In this document: in pieces, positions 60,382 to 64,000 of the stretch | How the letters are laid out: each line of letters opens with the position of its first letter | Position numbering within the stretch: the stretch's first letter is position 1 | Source: an uncultured Porticoccus sp. | GTDB taxonomy: Bacteria; Pseudomonadota; Gammaproteobacteria; Pseudomonadales; Porticoccaceae | Direction of reading: 5' to 3' | Assembly (NCBI GenBank): GCA_964276025.1 | Contig: CAXYDD010000002.1 | Span: forward strand, 731,568 to 795,567 | Length of the DNA: 64,000 nt | Position numbers and translations under genes: made by a program | Notes under the pieces: generated by a model | Told to the model about the DNA's origin: nothing | What the model saw: the letters and a program-made list of their open reading frames with translations, nothing else | The model's database searches: none

Positions 60382-60404
60382 AAGGGGGCGTTGCCCCCTT
60401 TTTT
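60382..60404 (+). terminator. Intrinsic terminator/attenuator between rpsB and tsf
   Basis: AAGGGGGC-GTT-GCCCCCTT hairpin followed by a T-run. A smaller hairpin, AGAGGC-TAA-GCCTCT, precedes it. Confidence 0.7.
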
Positions 60405-60436
60405 CGGGTTCAAACAATTTAAATTAGGGGAAGATA

Positions 60437-61300
60437 ATGGCAGTGTTTTCTACATCTATGATTAAAGACCTTCGTGACCGTACAGGTCTCGGGATGATGG
60501 AATGCAAAAGAGCTTTAACAGCTTCTGATGGAGATATAGATAAAGCAATTGATGATCTTCGAAAATCTAGCGGAATAAAAGCTGCAAAAAAAGCGGGTAG
60601 GATAGCAGCTGATGGAATCATTGCAGTAAAAATATCTGAAGACAATAAGTACGGTGTTATGATCGAAGTAAATACCGAAACAGATTTCGCTGCTCGTGAT
60701 GATTCATTTGTAAGTTTTGTGAATGAGTCGCTTAATAGCGCTTACGATACCGATAAATTTGTATTCGAAGAATTTATAGTAAACATGGAGGATGCTCGCC
60801 AAGCTTTAGTGCAAAAAATTGGAGAGAATATTAGTATACGTAGGGTTGAAATCCTCAGCTCTAGTATTGTTGGCTCTTACGTACATAGTAATAAGCGCAT
60901 AGGTGTCATGGTTGCATTGGAAAAAGGTCATGCAGAAGTTGCAAAAGATGTTGCTATGCATGTTGCAGCTTCGAATCCCCAGGTCGTTAAACCCGAGGAT
61001 ATGCCTGACCATTTGGTTCAAAAAGAGAAAGAAATTTTTATTGCTCAGGCTAAAGAAAGCGGTAAATCAGATGAAATTATTAATAAAATGATTAATGGTC
61101 GGATAAATAAATTTTTATCAGAATCTAGTTTGATTAATCAACCATTTGTCAAAAATCCAGAAATAACTGTCAATGAGTTGGTTAAAGATTCAGATGCCGA
61201 AATACTTTCTTTCTATAGATTTGAGGTTGGAGAAGGGATCGAAAAAAACGAAGTTGATTTTGCAACAGAGGTTGCTGCCCAAGTTAATGCAGCAAAATAA
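60437..61300 (+). CDS. tsf: Elongation factor Ts
   Basis: IKDLRDRTGLGMMECKRAL (UBA-like N-terminus), ETDFAARD and HVAASNP motifs. Confidence 0.95.
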   Translation: MAVFSTSMIKDLRDRTGLGMMECKRALTASDGDIDKAIDDLRKSSGIKAAKKAGRIAADGIIAVKISEDNKYGVMIEVNTETDFAARDDSFVSFVNESLNSAYDTDKFVFEEFIVNMEDARQALVQKIGENISIRRVEILSSSIVGSYVHSNKRIGVMVALEKGHAEVAKDVAMHVAASNPQVVKPEDMPDHLVQKEKEIFIAQAKESGKSDEIINKMINGRINKFLSESSLINQPFVKNPEITVNELVKDSDAEILSFYRFEVGEGIEKNEVDFATEVAAQVNAAK

Positions 61301-61327
61301 AAAAGGAGGCTTTAGCCTCCTTTTTTG
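61301..61327 (+). terminator. Intrinsic terminator after tsf
   Basis: AAAAGGAGGC-TTTA-GCCTCCTTTTTT forms a GC-rich stem followed by a T-run. Confidence 0.8.
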
Positions 61328-61405
61328 TGATTATGTTTTTAAAAAATTACAGAGTAATATTAGTTCACGATATTGTAGATAAAATAGTTGATCTTGGAGC
61401 CACAT

Positions 61406-62146
61406 ATGCCGTCTGTTGGAGATAAGAAATATAAAAGAATTTTACTTAAGCTAAGCGGTGAAGAGCTAATGGGTGAAGAAGGTTTTGGTATTGATCCAAG
61501 AGTTTTAGATAAAATGGCTTTAGAGATAGGACAACTTGTTGGCATCGGTGTTCAGATAGGCTTAGTGATTGGTGGAGGTAATTTATTTAGAGGAGCGGCA
61601 CTAAATGCTGCTGGAATGGAGAGAGTCACTGGCGATCATATGGGTATGCTAGCAACAATGATGAATGGTCTGGCTATGAGAGATGCTCTTGATCGGAATA
61701 ATATCTCTGCACACGTTATGTCTGCAATATCAATGAGCGGTGTCATGGAGCAATATGATCGGCGTAAAGCCACCCGTTATTTAGATAGTGGTGATGTTGT
61801 AATCTTTTCTGCTGGTACTGGCAATCCTTTCTTTACTACAGACTCAGCGGCATGTTTAAGGGGTATCGAAATTGATGCCGAGATTGTATTAAAAGCAACA
61901 AAGGTGGATGGAGTTTATTCTTCAGATCCACTGCTGAATCAGGATGCAACAATGTACACTCATCTAACATACGATGAAGCTTTAGAGAAAAAGCTAGGTG
62001 TAATGGACTTAACTGCCATTTGTTTATGTAGAGAACATCATATGCCCCTGAGAGTTTTTCGAATGGCAAAATTGGGAGCTCTTTTGAACATAGTTGTAGG
62101 CGGTGACGAAGGAACTTTGATTGAGGAAAAAAATAATGCTGGATGA
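61406..62146 (+). CDS. pyrH: UMP kinase
   Basis: [20 protein letters not shown] and [14 protein letters not shown] motifs. The ATG at 61406 sits behind a GGAG; the TTG at 61388 is rejected. Confidence 0.95.
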   Translation: MPSVGDKKYKRILLKLSGEELMGEEGFGIDPRVLDKMALEIGQLVGIGVQIGLVIGGGNLFRGAALNAAGMERVTGDHMGMLATMMNGLAMRDALDRNNISAHVMSAISMSGVMEQYDRRKATRYLDSGDVVIFSAGTGNPFFTTDSAACLRGIEIDAEIVLKATKVDGVYSSDPLLNQDATMYTHLTYDEALEKKLGVMDLTAICLCREHHMPLRVFRMAKLGALLNIVVGGDEGTLIEEKNNAG

Positions 62147-62693
62147 CTTTAAAAAAGATATGGAAGCAAGAATGACAAAGAGTATCGGTGCTCTTGCAAA
62201 TGCTTTCAATAAAATCCGTACTGGAAGAGCACACCCCAGTTTATTAGATGGCTTGACAGTGTCTTACTATGGTTCAGATACTCCTTTATCTCAGGTTGGT
62301 AACGTAAATGTTATTGATGCTCGAACTTTATCTGTTTCTGTTTGGGAAAAAGATTTAATACCTGAGGTAGAGAAAGCAATACATAAATCAGATTTAGGTT
62401 TAAATCCATCAACAACCGGAGAACTGATTCGTATACCAATGCCGCAACTGACTGAGGAAACCAGAAAAAACTTTATCAAAAAAGCACGTTCTGAGGCTGA
62501 GAGCGCTAGAATTTCGATACGAAATGCTCGTCGTGAAATTTTATCCAATGCAAAAGACTTACTCAAAAAGAAGGATATTACCGAGGATAATGAGCGTCAG
62601 ATCCAGGAGGACGTCCAAAAAATCACAGATAAGTATATCAAGCAGGTTGATGAAGCCCTACTCAGTAAAGAATCTGATTTGTTAGAAATTTAA
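62136..62693 (+). CDS. frr: Ribosome recycling factor
   Basis: [21 protein letters not shown] and LGLNP....IR.P.P.LTEE.R motifs. The ATG at 62136 overlaps the pyrH 3' end by 11 nt. Confidence 0.95.
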   Translation: MLDDFKKDMEARMTKSIGALANAFNKIRTGRAHPSLLDGLTVSYYGSDTPLSQVGNVNVIDARTLSVSVWEKDLIPEVEKAIHKSDLGLNPSTTGELIRIPMPQLTEETRKNFIKKARSEAESARISIRNARREILSNAKDLLKKKDITEDNERQIQEDVQKITDKYIKQVDEALLSKESDLLEI

Positions 62694-62707
62694 ATTAGAG
62701 TTTATGT

Positions 62708-63475
62708 ATGTCTAGCAATATAGAAATAGAATCCCTTCCCATTAATCATGTGGCTATTATTATGGATGGTAATAATAGATGGGCAAAAAAAAGAGGGCTA
62801 AAAGGTATTGCTGGCCACAAAGTTGGAGCTGAAAGAGTTCGTGATATTCTCAATTCTATGAATAAATATGGTATTAGCTTGCTCACACTCTTTGCTTTTA
62901 GTAGTGAAAACTGGAATCGCCCTAAAAATGAGGTTCATGCCCTCATGTCACTATTGACCAGCTACTTAAAGAAAGAATCAAAAAATCTCATAGAGAAAGA
63001 TATAAAATTAAGGATAATTGGTCGAAGAGATAGATTCAGCCTAAAACTAAATAAGCTAATACAGGAAATAGAATCTGCAACAATAAATGGAAAACGTACT
63101 TTGATACTGGCCCTCGATTATGGAGGAAAATGGGAAATTTCTGAAGCTACAAAAAAAATTGCTCATCAAATTAAATCCGGACAAATAGAGCCCAGTGATA
63201 TAAATGAAGATCTGCTCACTAAAAATATGTGTATACAGAATTTTCCACCACCAGATATATGTATAAGAACTGGAGGAGAAAAAAGGATCAGCAATTTTCT
63301 ATTATGGCATATGGCTTATACTGAACTATATTTTACAGATTGTTATTGGCCTGACTTTGATGCTGTAACATTTGACGGCGCAATTCTTGACTACCAAAAG
63401 AGGCAGCGACGTTTTGGTAAGCGAGATAAAGCGCTATCAGGCAAAGGTAATGAGTGTGCTCAAACAACGAATTAA
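62708..63475 (+). CDS. uppS: Di-trans,poly-cis-undecaprenyl-diphosphate synthase
   Basis: HVAIIMDGNNRWA, FAFSSENW.RP, D..IRTGGE.RISNFLLW and ERRFG motifs. Confidence 0.95.
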   Translation: MSSNIEIESLPINHVAIIMDGNNRWAKKRGLKGIAGHKVGAERVRDILNSMNKYGISLLTLFAFSSENWNRPKNEVHALMSLLTSYLKKESKNLIEKDIKLRIIGRRDRFSLKLNKLIQEIESATINGKRTLILALDYGGKWEISEATKKIAHQIKSGQIEPSDINEDLLTKNMCIQNFPPPDICIRTGGEKRISNFLLWHMAYTELYFTDCYWPDFDAVTFDGAILDYQKRQRRFGKRDKALSGKGNECAQTTN

Positions 63476-64000
63476 TACAGCTATAATTATTGCGTTGGTA
63501 TTCACCACAGTGCTATATTTTTTTAATGCTGATGCCATTCTATTTTTTTCAGCTGTCATAATTATCTATGCTGGCTGGGAGTGGGGTAACTTAGCCGGTT
63601 ACCATCTTTTTTATATAAAGTTTTTATATTGTTTATTTATATTAGGGATTATGGTCTTACTAAGTTTTTTAATGGGTGTTGATAGATCCCTACCAACGTA
63701 TATTAATACTGGAAAATTTATTCTAGAGTGCCTAATCCCTTGGTGGTTGCTAGCTATATATTGGATAAAGAGCTATCCAAGAGGTACTATTTTTTGGGGA
63801 AGTCCATTGGCAAGAGGTATAATTGGCTTACTTGTTTTAATTCCAGTTTGGCTAGCCCTTTCAATTCTAATTTCCCTAGATCATGGAAAATTGTTGATAG
63901 CTGGAGTAGTTCTAATCGTTGCTTTTTCTGATATCGGTGCTTACTTTGCAGGATTGAGGTTTGGTAAACACAAGCTATCTAAAAATGTAAGCCCAAATAA
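63450..64000 (+). CDS. cdsA: Phosphatidate cytidylyltransferase, N-terminal part; the gene runs off the right edge
   Basis: Absent from the ORF track because there is no stop in the window. Manual translation gives MSVLKQRINTAIIIALVF...YAGWEWGNL...SDIGAYFAGLRFGKHKLSKNVSPNK, matching the CdsA N-terminus and the S-D-x-GAYF-G-x-x-GK motif. It overlaps uppS by about 20-26 nt. Confidence 0.85.
   Translation, partial: MSVLKQRINTAIIIALVFTTVLYFFNADAILFFSAVIIIYAGWEWGNLAGYHLFYIKFLYCLFILGIMVLLSFLMGVDRSLPTYINTGKFILECLIPWWLLAIYWIKSYPRGTIFWGSPLARGIIGLLVLIPVWLALSILISLDHGKLLIAGVVLIVAFSDIGAYFAGLRFGKHKLSKNVSPN

Noticed and set aside
59812-60417. Two long minus-strand ORFs (201 aa and 175 aa) with FSFTSA / FLFYFS repeats
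   Set aside because: They are mirror artefacts of the 18-bp tandem repeat inside rpsB. They are stop-free only because of the repeat composition.
63728-63931. 67-aa plus-strand ORF
   Set aside because: It is an alternative frame inside cdsA, whose own frame gives the conserved SDxGAYFxGxxxGK motif.
1-64000. Scan for CRISPR arrays, IS elements or transposases, integrases, prophage genes, toxin-antitoxin pairs and known defence systems
   Set aside because: I found no repeat-spacer periodicity, no transposase or integrase-like ORFs, and no defence-type domains (nucleases, ATPases or Sir2/TIR-like) among the ORFs. The only tandem repeat is the coding repeat in rpsB.

Overview
This is an AT-rich, densely coding chromosomal segment of about 70 genes from a gammaproteobacterium. 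The gene order follows a Pseudomonas/Oceanospirillales-like core synteny: priA/rpmE; hisB-hisH-hisA, then asmA-mutY-yggX-tRNA-Phe; dapA-bamC-MBL hydrolase; dapD, then dapC-glnD-map, divergent from rpsB-tsf-pyrH-frr-uppS-cdsA. Most of the content is housekeeping. It covers arginine (argF, argD, argG), lysine/DAP (dapA, dapC, dapD, dapE), histidine, pyrimidine and purine biosynthesis (pyrC, pyrH, purC), redox functions (pntAB, grxD, peroxiredoxin, ferredoxin, maeB, gloA), envelope functions (lpxL, bamC, asmA, uppS, cdsA, one RND pump pair), translation and DNA repair. I saw no rRNA, CRISPR array, transposase, integrase, phage gene or recognisable defence gene. Genes are tightly packed, with several 1-26 nt start/stop overlaps (ATGA, TAATG, TAGTG, TGATG). 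Six things seem worth a second look. (1) A three-gene operon (porin, FMN-binding protein, PepSY-type membrane protein) sits behind Fur-box-like sequences and is a candidate extracytoplasmic iron redox/uptake module. (2) Ribosomal protein S2 carries a roughly 125-aa C-terminal extension built from an 18-bp tandem repeat encoding (KEKAEV)n. (3) A noncoding AT-rich island of about 520 bp contains a near-perfect inverted pair of DnaA boxes. (4) The his operon is split by a 970-bp insert that carries a secreted protein gene and, on the opposite strand, a tiny Trp-rich ORF with a strong Shine-Dalgarno. (5) A pair of Trp-rich proteins of unknown function is coupled by an ATGA overlap. (6) A MORN-repeat protein is coupled to gamma-glutamyltransferase. 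All functional calls come from reading the translated ORFs and recognising motifs. No searches were run.
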